Shown: positions 1 to 9,447 of the stretch, one piece after another
Layout: each line of letters opens with the position of its first letter
How positions within the stretch are numbered: the first letter of the stretch is position 1
Sequence record: MW822007.1
Strand: one strand, 5' to 3'
Length of the DNA: 64,000 bases
Source: Escherichia phage BF15
The notes under the pieces: model-generated
Told to the model about the DNA's origin: nothing
Databases searched by the model: none
The model's input: the letters and a program-made list of their open reading frames with translations, nothing else
Translations under genes and position numbers: made by a program

Positions 1-140
1 AATACAGCACGATCACAAATCATACGTTTGTTCCATTTAATCACAGTATAATGAACATCTAAATCATCGACTGCTGTAACAATAACGATATGTCCGTTAA
101 CACGATAATACTGATCAATTTTAATCTCTTTATCAACCAT
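1..140 (-). CDS. hypothetical early protein, N-terminal part only (runs off window start)
   Basis: ATG at 140-138 preceded by GAGGAA SD; frame open to position 1 (MVDKEIKIDQYY...). Confidence 0.35.
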   Translation of the reverse strand, partial: MVDKEIKIDQYYRVNGHIVIVTAVDDLDVHYTVIKWNKRMICDRAV

Positions 141-170
141 ATCAATTCCTCAAAGGTAATTCATATGTTA

Positions 171-200
171 ATAATACCACAGTTTGAACTTGTTGTAAAC
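171..200 (-). promoter_or_regulatory. T4 early-type promoter (-35 GTTTAC, 15 nt, extended -10 TGGTATTAT)
   Basis: motif read on minus strand upstream of ORF at 1-140. Confidence 0.4.
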
Positions 201-267
201 AACTTTATGAAAATTATTTTAGGGAATGATAAGAAGTGAATGATAGTTAGAATGGTAATATACAGAA

Positions 268-294
268 TGTGAGAAAGAAAGGCCCAGAGGGCCT
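268..294 (-). terminator. rho-independent terminator
   Basis: hairpin AGGCCC-TCT-GGGCCT followed by TTTCTTTCTC on minus strand just after stop of 298-606. Confidence 0.45.
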
Positions 295-297
295 GTC

Positions 298-606
298 TTA
301 GTCTTCTATGATATCTCTATCATATCCAAGTGAAATGAGAGTTTCTTTGAAGTGTTTAATGTTCTTTTGTCTAGAATCATTAATGAAAATGACTGGATAA
401 CGAATGTTAAGAGATGTGAATCCAGCGCGTTTAGCAAGAGATACAATCAGTGGACGATCATACTCAATCTTACCATTATTTGTAAGAACTTTATAGAAAG
501 TAAAAGGAGCATTGAGCTCCTTTAGAAGTTTTGTAACTGATTGACATCCAGGACAACGACCTACTTCATCTGGAATTCCATAGACTTCAATCTTGTTTTG
601 TTTCAC
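298..606 (-). CDS. nrdH: glutaredoxin/NrdH-like redoxin
   Basis: CPGC active-site motif near N-terminus, about 100 aa, lies beside nrdG as in T4. Confidence 0.55.
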   Translation of the reverse strand: MKQNKIEVYGIPDEVGRCPGCQSVTKLLKELNAPFTFYKVLTNNGKIEYDRPLIVSLAKRAGFTSLNIRYPVIFINDSRQKNIKHFKETLISLGYDRDIIED

Positions 607-608
607 AA

Positions 609-821
609 CTATTCCTTACTAAGAGCAGCATTCAGCTTGTTAGTAATTTTATCCAGACGCTCATTGAACTCACTAGAAGATAAGCCCTTTTCTGGAGAAA
701 TCAAACTAATCACGAAAAATATAGCAATAAAAGGAATAAGGAAAATAGCTCCAACTGCCATAAACAGAAAGAATGTTACAGTTGTAAGAAAATCAGCTAA
801 ACCTTTACGAAATTTATACAT
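609..821 (-). CDS. small membrane protein
   Basis: 70 aa ORF with one long hydrophobic segment (FFLFMAVGAIFLIPFIAIFFVISLI). Confidence 0.4.
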   Translation of the reverse strand: MYKFRKGLADFLTTVTFFLFMAVGAIFLIPFIAIFFVISLISPEKGLSSSEFNERLDKITNKLNAALSKE

Positions 822-945
822 TTACATTTACCTTTACCTTTAATTGATTAACCAAGCATTGATAAGCACTAAACTATACTGCGAATAAAATTCTGGACCA
901 AAATGAAAAATCATATCATTTATAGTATCCATAATATAATTCAAT

Positions 946-1416
946 TTAATCATGTTTCCACACCCCATCGATATTTGACCAAAGTCGCTGATTATCTGAT
1001 CCTCGCCACAGCTTTTTAGTCGGAAGATTTTTCTCATACTTCCCATCAATAATAACATCAACATATTTAAGCATTTCTAGTTGTTTAATATCTTCAAACT
1101 TATATCCTGTCCACAACCAAATGCTTTTATTGGGATAAAGATTTTTTACTGTTTGAACAATGCAATGAATCACGTCTCTGTTATCAGGATAAAGAGGGTC
1201 ACCTCCGGTTATAGTTAATCCTTCTATATAATCATTATTCAAACATTCAATCAATTGTTCTAGTGTTTCACCAGTGAATGGAATACCATTTCTAGCATTC
1301 CATGTTGATTTATTATAACACCCTTCGCATTTATGCAAACAACCTGTAACGAAAAGAACGGTCCTGCATCCAGGACCATTCACAAAGCAGCACGGGTATA
1401 TTCTGTCATAATTCAT
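946..1416 (-). CDS. nrdG: anaerobic ribonucleotide reductase activating protein (radical SAM)
   Basis: 156 aa; N-terminal Cys cluster CCFVNGPGC...C; 3-prime of nrdD as in T4. Confidence 0.85.
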   Translation of the reverse strand: MNYDRIYPCCFVNGPGCRTVLFVTGCLHKCEGCYNKSTWNARNGIPFTGETLEQLIECLNNDYIEGLTITGGDPLYPDNRDVIHCIVQTVKNLYPNKSIWLWTGYKFEDIKQLEMLKYVDVIIDGKYEKNLPTKKLWRGSDNQRLWSNIDGVWKHD

Positions 1417-2092
1417 TTATATATTTCCAATTATAGCCTTCAACACTTTTACGTTCGCCATTTAAACATTTTAAAATATTTCCTTTGCTAGAAATATTAA
1501 AATATTTTGCTGCGTCTGGTATATAATTAAATGTTTTTAAAAGAACACCATCTTTATATGCGCCAAATAAATTAAGAGTATATTTTTCTCGAAGACGTTG
1601 ATGTTTCCTTTTCATAACCTCAGGATTTGCATACGCCAACCTCAATGAATTTCTATGTTTTTCTTTTACTTCAGGTTTTTGCATTGCTAACTTAGTTAGC
1701 CTGGAAATTTTATTTCTAACTTCGTCAGTTTTCATTGCATTTGACAAATTTAATAAAGTTTTATTTCTAACTTCAGGTTTTTGCATTGCTAACTTAGTTA
1801 GTTCTCTATGTCTTTTTCTAAAATCGTCATCCTTCCATATATTTTTCGATAATTTTGACATAGAGCGGTGAAATAATTCCTTTTCACTGGAATACAATTT
1901 AAGAATTTCATCCAATTCATCTGTATTAAATCTATCGGTATTCGAGTTTATCATTCTATGAAAGGCATAACACATTTTACTATTACTTGTTTTAGCTAAA
2001 TAGTAATGAGCTAACGCGTGGTCATAATATGACAAATTAACAATATTCCATTTATCTGTTTTATATTCAGGAAATATAGATTTGGGAAGCAC
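1406..2092 (-). CDS. free-standing homing-endonuclease-like protein with four tandem ~17-aa basic repeats; catalytic motif not recognised
   Basis: repeats (L)TKLAMQKPEV(R/K)xK x4; inserted between nrdD and nrdG, overlaps nrdG start by 11 nt. Confidence 0.4.
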   Translation of the reverse strand: MLPKSIFPEYKTDKWNIVNLSYYDHALAHYYLAKTSNSKMCYAFHRMINSNTDRFNTDELDEILKLYSSEKELFHRSMSKLSKNIWKDDDFRKRHRELTKLAMQKPEVRNKTLLNLSNAMKTDEVRNKISRLTKLAMQKPEVKEKHRNSLRLAYANPEVMKRKHQRLREKYTLNLFGAYKDGVLLKTFNYIPDAAKYFNISSKGNILKCLNGERKSVEGYNWKYINEL

Positions 2093-2126
2093 GTGATGTG
2101 CTTCCGTTTTTCCTTTTATTTTAGGA

Positions 2127-2246
2127 TTATTATAATTTTTTTGTTATCAAATCAACATATGACAATAGTAAATCATTATTTTCTTCAAATATTAAAGATA
2201 ATTTATCATTAACAAAATCGCAAGGATAAAATCTATCATAATTCAT
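2127..2246 (-). pseudogene. diverged duplicate of the nrdG 5-prime end (39-codon ORF MNYDRFYPCDFVN...)
   Basis: ATG overlaps nrdD stop (ATGA); first 13 residues parallel NrdG MNYDRIYPCCFVN; the full nrdG lies 0.7 kb downstream. Confidence 0.5.
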
Positions 2247-4060
2247 TGGTGTTTAACCCTATGCATGATTTCTTTATTTTTACCGAGATTAAATCCGCGT
2301 TCGTTCGGATTTCCCAAATAACCACATGTTCTTCTTATGGTATTCATCTTTTTAGGATCAGTTTCTCCACAAATAGAACAAACAAATCCGTTTTCAGTAG
2401 GAGTCATTTCATGGGTACTTCCGCATGTAAAACATTTATCTACTGGCATATTAACACCAAAATAATCTAAATGTTGTGCAGCATAATCCCACACGGCCTC
2501 AAGACCTTTCAAGTTATTTTTCATATCAGGAAGTTCAACATAAGAAATGTGACCACCTGTCGCAATGAAATGATACGGCGCTTCACGAGAAATCTTTTCA
2601 AACGGAGTAATATTTTCTTCTACTGAAACATGGAAACTGTTAGTGTACCAACCTTTATCGGTAACATCTTTTACGCTTCCATATTTTTCCGTATCGAGTT
2701 TACAGAAGCGATAACAAAGGTTTTCAGCAGGAGTCGAATATAAACTAAAAGCAAATCCAGTTCTTTCAGTCCACTGTTTAAGATGAGCATTCATTTTAGT
2801 TAAAATTTCCTGTCCAATATCACGACCGACAAGAATATTCAATTCGTGAATACCAATGTATCCTAAAGACACTGAACTTCTACCGTTTTTAAATAACTCA
2901 ATTATGTCGTCATCAGGTTTAAGACGAACCCCGAATGCACCTTCTTGGTAAAGAATAGGAGCAACAGTCGCTTTAACTCCTTTTAAGGAACTAATTCTAC
3001 ACATCAAAGCTTCAAAACATAAATCCATTCGTTCATTAAATAGCTCAACAAATTTCTGTTCATTGAACTGTGTTCCAATATAAGAATCTAACGCGATGCG
3101 AGGAAGATTCAGTGTTACAACACCAAGATTATTACGTCCATCAAGAATTTCATTACCAGTCGAATCTTTCCATACGCTCAAGAAACTGCGGCAACCCATT
3201 GGAGAAACAGGAACAGATGAACCAGTGATAGCTTTATTGTTCTTAGCCGAAATGATGTCAGGATACATCCTTTTGCTTGCACACTCTAGAGCAAGCTGCT
3301 TAATATCATAGTTCGGATCGTCTTTATAAAGATTAACACCCTCTTCAACGAACATAACAAGCTTAGGGAAAATAGGAGTTATTCCATCACGACCAAGACC
3401 TTTAATACGATTTTTCAGAATTGCTTTCTGAATCATTCGTTCAGTCCAGTCAGTTCCCGTACCAAATGTAATTGTTACAAAAGGTGTTTGCCCGTTTGAA
3501 CTAAAGAGAGTATTTACTTCATATTCATAAGCTTGGAATGCATCGTATACGTCTTTTTCTGTTTTAGATTGAGCATAATTCAACGCATCAGCGATTTGCC
3601 ATTTTTCTGCATCCTCAATATGTTTTGCATAGGTGCGTTTAACATAAGGAGAAAGTACTTTATCTACATTCGCAAAAGTCGTTCCGCCGTATTGGTGAGA
3701 AGCAACCTGTGCAGTAATTTGTGCCATAATTGCAGTAGCAACGCCAATTGATTTAGGAGTTTCAATCTGCGCATTACCGAGCTTAAATCCGTTCTCAAGC
3801 ATTCCTTTTAAATCTACTAAACAGCAATTAGTAAATGGAAGAGCAGGGGAATAATCAATATCATGGAAATGAATAATTCCGCTTTCATGCGCTTTCATAA
3901 TAAAAGACGGGACCATATTTTTGGCAATGTGTTTAGACACAATACCAGCCATAAGGTCCCGTTGAGTTGGAAAAACACGAGAATCTTTATTAGCATTCTC
4001 GTTTAAAAGGTCTTTATCAGTTTTATGAATCAATCCTTCAATTTCTTTTTCAATTGTCAT
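2243..4060 (-). CDS. nrdD: anaerobic ribonucleoside-triphosphate reductase, intron-less
   Basis: 605 aa continuous ORF; glycyl-radical enzyme; C-terminal Cys cluster CFTCGS...CSICG. Confidence 0.9.
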   Translation of the reverse strand: MTIEKEIEGLIHKTDKDLLNENANKDSRVFPTQRDLMAGIVSKHIAKNMVPSFIMKAHESGIIHFHDIDYSPALPFTNCCLVDLKGMLENGFKLGNAQIETPKSIGVATAIMAQITAQVASHQYGGTTFANVDKVLSPYVKRTYAKHIEDAEKWQIADALNYAQSKTEKDVYDAFQAYEYEVNTLFSSNGQTPFVTITFGTGTDWTERMIQKAILKNRIKGLGRDGITPIFPKLVMFVEEGVNLYKDDPNYDIKQLALECASKRMYPDIISAKNNKAITGSSVPVSPMGCRSFLSVWKDSTGNEILDGRNNLGVVTLNLPRIALDSYIGTQFNEQKFVELFNERMDLCFEALMCRISSLKGVKATVAPILYQEGAFGVRLKPDDDIIELFKNGRSSVSLGYIGIHELNILVGRDIGQEILTKMNAHLKQWTERTGFAFSLYSTPAENLCYRFCKLDTEKYGSVKDVTDKGWYTNSFHVSVEENITPFEKISREAPYHFIATGGHISYVELPDMKNNLKGLEAVWDYAAQHLDYFGVNMPVDKCFTCGSTHEMTPTENGFVCSICGETDPKKMNTIRRTCGYLGNPNERGFNLGKNKEIMHRVKHQ

Positions 4061-4530
4061 TTTAAACTCTTTCTAAGCTGCTTCTTAAATGAAGCTATTA
4101 ATTGTGTTTTGGTGTCAGATTCATTATATTCAAATCCTCTTTGAAGCATCTCAGCCATCATTTCCTCTTTTCCTAAACGAGAAAATTCCTTTGATTTATC
4201 TCCAACGAAGTTAGGGTGAATATTATTTTGGGTGTAATCGGATTTTAAATAAGTAAGTAAATTTTCTAACCATTCAAGATAATCAACACCTTGTCCCTTT
4301 AAGCCAGAACGATTAAATTTGTGCTTCATTTGACCTTCTGCGGCATTGCATAGATTACAAAGCAATCCACGTACCTTTCCTGCTTTTGGTCCATTTAATT
4401 CATGATCATGGTCGAGGTGATTAGCTTGAACATCAGGATTTAGTTCTCGTTGGCAAATTAAGCATTTACCGTTTTGTGCATCATAAAATTTTTGTTTTTC
4501 TTCTTTATATAATTTGCCAGTCAATAACAT
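4057..4530 (-). CDS. 49: endonuclease VII (Holliday junction resolvase)
   Basis: 157 aa; Zn-binding CLIC...CNLC and HLDHDH motif; sequence matches T4 gp49 as I recall it. Confidence 0.85.
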   Translation of the reverse strand: MLLTGKLYKEEKQKFYDAQNGKCLICQRELNPDVQANHLDHDHELNGPKAGKVRGLLCNLCNAAEGQMKHKFNRSGLKGQGVDYLEWLENLLTYLKSDYTQNNIHPNFVGDKSKEFSRLGKEEMMAEMLQRGFEYNESDTKTQLIASFKKQLRKSLK

Positions 4531-4571
4531 AATAAACCCTTACCTTAAATAGATAAGGGTATTTATTATTT

Positions 4572-5057
4572 TCAAGTATTGTAAAACATTTGATGCAATC
4601 GCTTATATTGCCGAATCATTTGGTCAGAAAAAGAAATTTGAGTTTCAAGCCATTCAATGTATTCTGCGGCAGCTTGCATCAGGTTACCTTCATAGCCATC
4701 GTTATTTTCTTGCGCAGCTAATTTAGCTAATGCGTATGAAATACGTTCACCTTGAAAATCGGCTTTAGGCTTCTGAACAACTTGATTAGTTCGCTCTACA
4801 ACTTCTTCAATTTCGCCATTTTCGACTGATTCAGTATTCCACAAACACCAATACGTAATTGGCTTATCGTAGATGTTAATAATCTTTCCGTCGGAAAGTT
4901 CAATTTCAATAATTCCAGTATCAGGCTCTATATCATCTTCACATTCTTTTGCAAGTTCACGAACTTTAAAGACAGTACCTGCACTAAGTTCCGGCCAGTA
5001 ATTACATAGCCCTGTATCAGCACGATTAATTCTAAACCACTTATCTACTGTAATCAT
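4572..5057 (-). CDS. hypothetical protein in the 49.x/pin position
   Basis: 161 aa ORF between 49 and nrdC; assignment by position only. Confidence 0.35.
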   Translation of the reverse strand: MITVDKWFRINRADTGLCNYWPELSAGTVFKVRELAKECEDDIEPDTGIIEIELSDGKIINIYDKPITYWCLWNTESVENGEIEEVVERTNQVVQKPKADFQGERISYALAKLAAQENNDGYEGNLMQAAAEYIEWLETQISFSDQMIRQYKRLHQMFYNT

Positions 5058-5179
5058 GTCCCATCTCCATATTAATTAAGTCATTTATCGTTGGTTCATT
5101 ATATACTGTTTCTTCATCAGTGTAAACCGGTTCTTCCGGCTCTGGCTCTACAGTTTCCCATCTAGCCGCCCACCAGGGT

Positions 5180-5374
5180 TTAACCCCGAAGCTTATTAAG
5201 TTCTTCATAATCAATCCAGGATTCTAATCCTGATGGCAAATCAGATTCAATTTCCCAAAGAAGTTCTTCAATTTTATGAAGACGATCTAATTCTTCAACA
5301 GGAATAGTAACCATTGATGGAGCTCTTGCTGCACTAATATCGTATATCATATTTACCCCAGTTTGACCATGCAA
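5180..5374 (-). CDS. hypothetical protein
   Basis: 64 aa ORF, acidic. Confidence 0.35.
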   Translation of the reverse strand: MHGQTGVNMIYDISAARAPSMVTIPVEELDRLHKIEELLWEIESDLPSGLESWIDYEELNKLRG

Positions 5375-5568
5375 TCACCGTATTTCCACTTAGAAATAGA
5401 CTTTTCACCATTAGAATAATAAACTTCGAGTTTAGCACGATTATTTTTAATTTGAATAACCTTGGCTGTCATCAAAGTTCCATACCCATAGTAAACTGCA
5501 ACTTCATCACCTACATATATCGCGCTTCCACGATAATCATGGATATAATCAGTTCCTTCGAGCATCAT
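5353..5568 (-). CDS. hypothetical protein
   Basis: 71 aa ORF abutting nrdC. Confidence 0.4.
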   Translation of the reverse strand: MMLEGTDYIHDYRGSAIYVGDEVAVYYGYGTLMTAKVIQIKNNRAKLEVYYSNGEKSISKWKYGDCMVKLG

Positions 5569-5828
5569 TTAAAGTATTCCCGCAATTGGTCAAAGCCGCC
5601 AATATGACTTCCATCAGGAGCAAATACCTGAGGCATTGTCAAGCCGATTTGAGTATCACGACCTAGTTTAGTCAGAAGCTCAGCAATTTTCTCATCATCA
5701 AAAACACCTTTTTCCGGCATAATGTTGATAAATTCAAACGGCTGTTTCTTCACGGTCAAAAGACGTTTTGCATTATCACAATACACGCATTTATGAATGT
5801 TGCTATCATAACCATATACTTTAAACAT
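5565..5828 (-). CDS. nrdC: thioredoxin/glutaredoxin
   Basis: 87 aa; CVYC active site; matches T4 NrdC as recalled. Confidence 0.85.
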   Translation of the reverse strand: MFKVYGYDSNIHKCVYCDNAKRLLTVKKQPFEFINIMPEKGVFDDEKIAELLTKLGRDTQIGLTMPQVFAPDGSHIGGFDQLREYFK

Positions 5829-5829
5829 A

Positions 5830-6072
5830 TTATTCCTTAATTCCTAGTACTTGTTTAAAAGTCTCGTCGTAATCAAGACTTTGGCCCGTTTGTTCTTTAT
5901 GTTTGTATATAATATCACTTACTTCTGATAGCATATTTTTATATGAACGAGTTAAAGCAGATTTAAGCACGCTGTATCTATCAGGAAATTTACCGTGTTC
6001 ATTATAATAAGCTATTGCTAATTCACGGACTGTCTTTTCAGCAGCCTCCATATATTCTTTACGCTTGGTCAT
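5830..6072 (-). CDS. hypothetical protein
   Basis: ORF trimmed to internal Met (MTKRKEY...); the longer track ORF overlaps the next gene. Confidence 0.35.
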   Translation of the reverse strand: MTKRKEYMEAAEKTVRELAIAYYNEHGKFPDRYSVLKSALTRSYKNMLSEVSDIIYKHKEQTGQSLDYDETFKQVLGIKE

Positions 6073-6376
6073 TTTCTTCTCGGTCAAATCGGTGTTTACA
6101 ATGGCGACATTTATAACGAAGATTACTAGTCTGCCAATGGACCAATTGCACCTGTTCAGTTCCACATTCAGGGCAATTAGGAACGTTTTTAGAAGCGCGT
6201 TCGCGGCGTTCAACCATAACCATAATGGCATCCCAAGCAGGAGGTTTAAAGTCTAAATCGTCACAACCATGAATCTTTCCACGCATTTCCAAATCGTCTT
6301 CTTCACCAGCCATAATAATTTTAATTAGACTAGAATTACTTGAAGCTGCAATGTCTTCTAATAGACGCTTTTTCAT
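6059..6376 (-). CDS. zinc-ribbon protein
   Basis: CPECG...CRHCKH four-Cys motif at C-terminus. Confidence 0.45.
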   Translation of the reverse strand: MKKRLLEDIAASSNSSLIKIIMAGEEDDLEMRGKIHGCDDLDFKPPAWDAIMVMVERRERASKNVPNCPECGTEQVQLVHWQTSNLRYKCRHCKHRFDREENDQA

Positions 6377-7299
6377 TTCAATACCTCAATAGCATTACGT
6401 AAACCATTTGCTTTTGCATTAAGAGCTTTTAACAATTTGGTGTGTTCTGCAATTTGGGCTTCAACTTCAATCAAACGAGCATTGAGATATTCGCGTTCTT
6501 CTTTCATAGTATCATTCCCATGATTGGATTTTGGCGTAGGTTTAAATTCACTAGGGTCCTTTAATTTAATAACAAATTTAGTTTCAAACAGTGAAAGACC
6601 ATAATTCTTATTATCATCAAAGGATTTGACTACATCCATATCAGATAATAACACGCGCAAATTATAAGCCAAAGAACTAATAGTTTCATTGTGTTTATTA
6701 GCTTCGCGTGGTTTCATATACGGAAGATTTTTATATATTTCATGCGGAGCACAAATGATAATTGACAATTCAAATTGTCCATTCTGGGACGATGGAGTGA
6801 ATTTAGCCGTAACCCAGTCTTTTACATTCACATTAATAGTACGGTTATCACCATGACAAAACAGTCTACGAGAATGCTTAAAAAGCATATTCACGTTATT
6901 ATTGAATTCGTGTGAAAATTCACTAGCAAATTTTTCTTTACTATCTTTAGAAAACCATTCTTCTAAATAAGTTCTTTTCACGTCGTTAATAATATTAAAT
7001 GTAACAACATTAGCATTTGATACATTAGTCTCAATGTAGCTTGGATACATAAATTTTTTAACATTATTAACAGCTATCACAGAAGATAGTAATCGGGAAC
7101 GTTTGAACCACTCGAGCAAAGAACCAAGAGAATGTGAATACGCATTTTGTGTATCTTTACAAATATGGTTTTCCCATCCAATATAGTCTAAAAAATCACG
7201 AAGAATATTATTGATTACTGCTCTGTGTCCTATCTGATAATTACGATGTTTAGTAATAAGACTGTCAAAATAATCAATATAATGTTTACGTGTTTTCAT
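6373..7299 (-). CDS. paralog-array protein 1, C-terminal coiled coil
   Basis: 308 aa; starts MKTRKH; C-terminal 45 aa heptad-rich ([37 protein letters not shown]). Confidence 0.6.
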   Translation of the reverse strand: MKTRKHYIDYFDSLITKHRNYQIGHRAVINNILRDFLDYIGWENHICKDTQNAYSHSLGSLLEWFKRSRLLSSVIAVNNVKKFMYPSYIETNVSNANVVTFNIINDVKRTYLEEWFSKDSKEKFASEFSHEFNNNVNMLFKHSRRLFCHGDNRTINVNVKDWVTAKFTPSSQNGQFELSIIICAPHEIYKNLPYMKPREANKHNETISSLAYNLRVLLSDMDVVKSFDDNKNYGLSLFETKFVIKLKDPSEFKPTPKSNHGNDTMKEEREYLNARLIEVEAQIAEHTKLLKALNAKANGLRNAIEVLK

Positions 7300-7351
7300 G
7301 TTCTTCTCACTTGGTTAATGATTTATACTCCGAGCCATCCTTGGCTTTAAA

Positions 7352-8353
7352 TTACTTAATTAACTGTAAAGCTTGTTCCAGACGATCAAGACGATTAACA
7401 GATTCTTCCCAAATCTTTTTAGCCTGCTCATATTCTTTCTGCGCTTTATTAGAAATTTCTAGAACTTCCTTATAAGATTTTTCTAATGCAATAACTTCTG
7501 GACGAATTTCTATCGGTTCAGGTGAATCATCAAGACATTCCATTAGTTCCTCAAGGGTAGTTTCTTCTTTAGGAGTATTCACAATTTCATCACATTTTTG
7601 TTGATAAATTTCTTTATCAGTAGGTGAGTACGCGCACTTTACTTCACGAAGACTAATTACAATTTTATATCCTTCCCAACCGCATATATTCTTAAAAGGA
7701 TATGTATGAATATTTTCTACTGTTTCCATACAAAGTAATGCGGTCTCTAATTGACGAGTTATAGTGCTAGCAATTGAGAAAAATTTATTAATATTCTTTT
7801 GGTTAGTTTCTGGTGTAAAAAATCCATAATTCACAAAAATAGCTACTTTATTTTTATCAAGTTCATATTCTTTTATGATAATCATATCAGAAGCCAAAGG
7901 ATGAATTTGACGATAATCGCCATAACATAATTTAGAAGCTGATTTTAGAATTTGCTTCTTAAAAAGTCTGAAATTACTAATCCAACGACGAGTAAAAATA
8001 TTCTCAGGGTCTTCTTTGACATTAAGATGATAAGAATTAACATCACCGAACCAATTATATCCTACTACATCTTTGGTTCGTTTAATTTCTTTCCCAAAAT
8101 TACCAAGAATATCCCGATTAACCAAATATGAAAGAAGACGAGACTCTTTAAAGGTTTTCTTGATAACATCTTTATCTACACGGCTAGAAATTTTACGAAT
8201 TTCATGAATAAATTTAGTAGAAGAAACAATACTTGCATCAACACTATTGAGCCATTGATTGATAATAGAAAGAACACTATTTTGGCCAAACATCGGTATA
8301 GCTTTATCATCAATAACGCTATTGAATGATTTGATATATTCGTTACGAGTCAT
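7352..8353 (-). CDS. paralog-array protein 2, C-terminal coiled coil
   Basis: start set at ATG with GAGGAG SD (MTRNEYIKSF); shares QILKSASKL motif with protein 3. Confidence 0.6.
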   Translation of the reverse strand: MTRNEYIKSFNSVIDDKAIPMFGQNSVLSIINQWLNSVDASIVSSTKFIHEIRKISSRVDKDVIKKTFKESRLLSYLVNRDILGNFGKEIKRTKDVVGYNWFGDVNSYHLNVKEDPENIFTRRWISNFRLFKKQILKSASKLCYGDYRQIHPLASDMIIIKEYELDKNKVAIFVNYGFFTPETNQKNINKFFSIASTITRQLETALLCMETVENIHTYPFKNICGWEGYKIVISLREVKCAYSPTDKEIYQQKCDEIVNTPKEETTLEELMECLDDSPEPIEIRPEVIALEKSYKEVLEISNKAQKEYEQAKKIWEESVNRLDRLEQALQLIK

Positions 8354-8380
8354 ATTAATCTCCTCAGTAGAAAGTAAGAA

Positions 8381-8410
8381 CATTATACCACATCCTTGTG
8401 ACGAAGTAAA
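8381..8410 (-). promoter_or_regulatory. early-type promoter (GTTTAC, 15 nt, TGGTATAAT)
   Basis: spacer contains CAAGGATG; -35 overlaps stop of the upstream paralog. Confidence 0.45.
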
Positions 8411-9439
8411 CTAGTTTAGTGCATTTAGTGCATTGTTCAGTTTAGAACGTTGCTTTGTCAGATTTTGAACCCTTGACTGAGCTTGTTCTAACGCCTTTTC
8501 AGCTTCTAGCACTTCATTGGTCGCTTTAACGAGTTCATCATCTACTGCCTTAAGGGACTTCTCAATCGCATCCGCGTGCCATTTTTCAACAGGTTTAAGA
8601 CTCGGATTTTCAATAGGAAGAAAATTCACTTTATTGAATTTCCATGCATCCTTATTACCTGAACTATACATCCAAAATTTAGGATCGTTTGATAAGTAAT
8701 TGGATAAATTTAAATTTAAGTTATCTTGTACTTCTTGCTTTTTCTCTTGTGTAACTTCGTCCTTTCTCAAAAAATCATATTTAAATGAAACGATCATATC
8801 AAGTTCATATGATGTTGTATCTAACTTAAATCGTTCAAAACGAGGTAAAATCTTAGATTGAACAGCAGCAACAACATCCATATACTTAAATGCTTCTGTT
8901 AGCTGTGACTTAAGACATTCACAAATTGAAAGAGAATTTTTTGTATTAGGTTTAAAGCTAATTCGTGCAGTTCTATTATTTTCTTTTAACGGTCTTACTT
9001 CCATCTGAAGAGTATAACCATCAAATTTCAGATTCTTTAAGTTAATATCAGAACCTTTTAATCGACTAGCAGTAGACAAAATTTGCTTTAATTGTCTACG
9101 GAACAGAGCAATAAATCTCCATTCAATACGATAATGATTTGGATTGAAAAATCCAGATGATAAATCGACCTTACTTTGACCAACGCCTTGAACAAATAGA
9201 GGATTTTTATAATCAATAGTTTTACAGAAATCGGTGAGCTGTTCACGAGCAGTCATTTGAGTAATATACCCTGCTTTACTAAAATTACGCACCCATTCAC
9301 TGCTATTCGTATACTTAAAGTGATGAATAACACGATTAACTTTATCGGGGTCTAAATTATTTTCACACAAAAATGTCATAACATCACGAGTATAGCTGGC
9401 ATTACGAACCATATCTTCAATTTGAGAACGAGTTTTCAT
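8411..9439 (-). CDS. paralog-array protein 3, C-terminal coiled coil
   Basis: 342 aa; starts MKTRSQ; motif QLKQILSTASRL; C-terminal heptad tail. Confidence 0.6.
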   Translation of the reverse strand: MKTRSQIEDMVRNASYTRDVMTFLCENNLDPDKVNRVIHHFKYTNSSEWVRNFSKAGYITQMTAREQLTDFCKTIDYKNPLFVQGVGQSKVDLSSGFFNPNHYRIEWRFIALFRRQLKQILSTASRLKGSDINLKNLKFDGYTLQMEVRPLKENNRTARISFKPNTKNSLSICECLKSQLTEAFKYMDVVAAVQSKILPRFERFKLDTTSYELDMIVSFKYDFLRKDEVTQEKKQEVQDNLNLNLSNYLSNDPKFWMYSSGNKDAWKFNKVNFLPIENPSLKPVEKWHADAIEKSLKAVDDELVKATNEVLEAEKALEQAQSRVQNLTKQRSKLNNALNALN

Positions 9440-9447
9440 GGTGTTCC

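Noticed and set aside
840-1064. 74-aa ORF overlapping the 3-prime end of nrdG
   Set aside because: It overlaps nrdG by 119 nt in another frame with no convincing SD; at most a short C-terminal portion could be real.
2243-4060. Possible group I intron in nrdD
   Set aside because: The ORF is continuous at 605 aa with no internal stop or frame break, so this phage's nrdD is intron-less.
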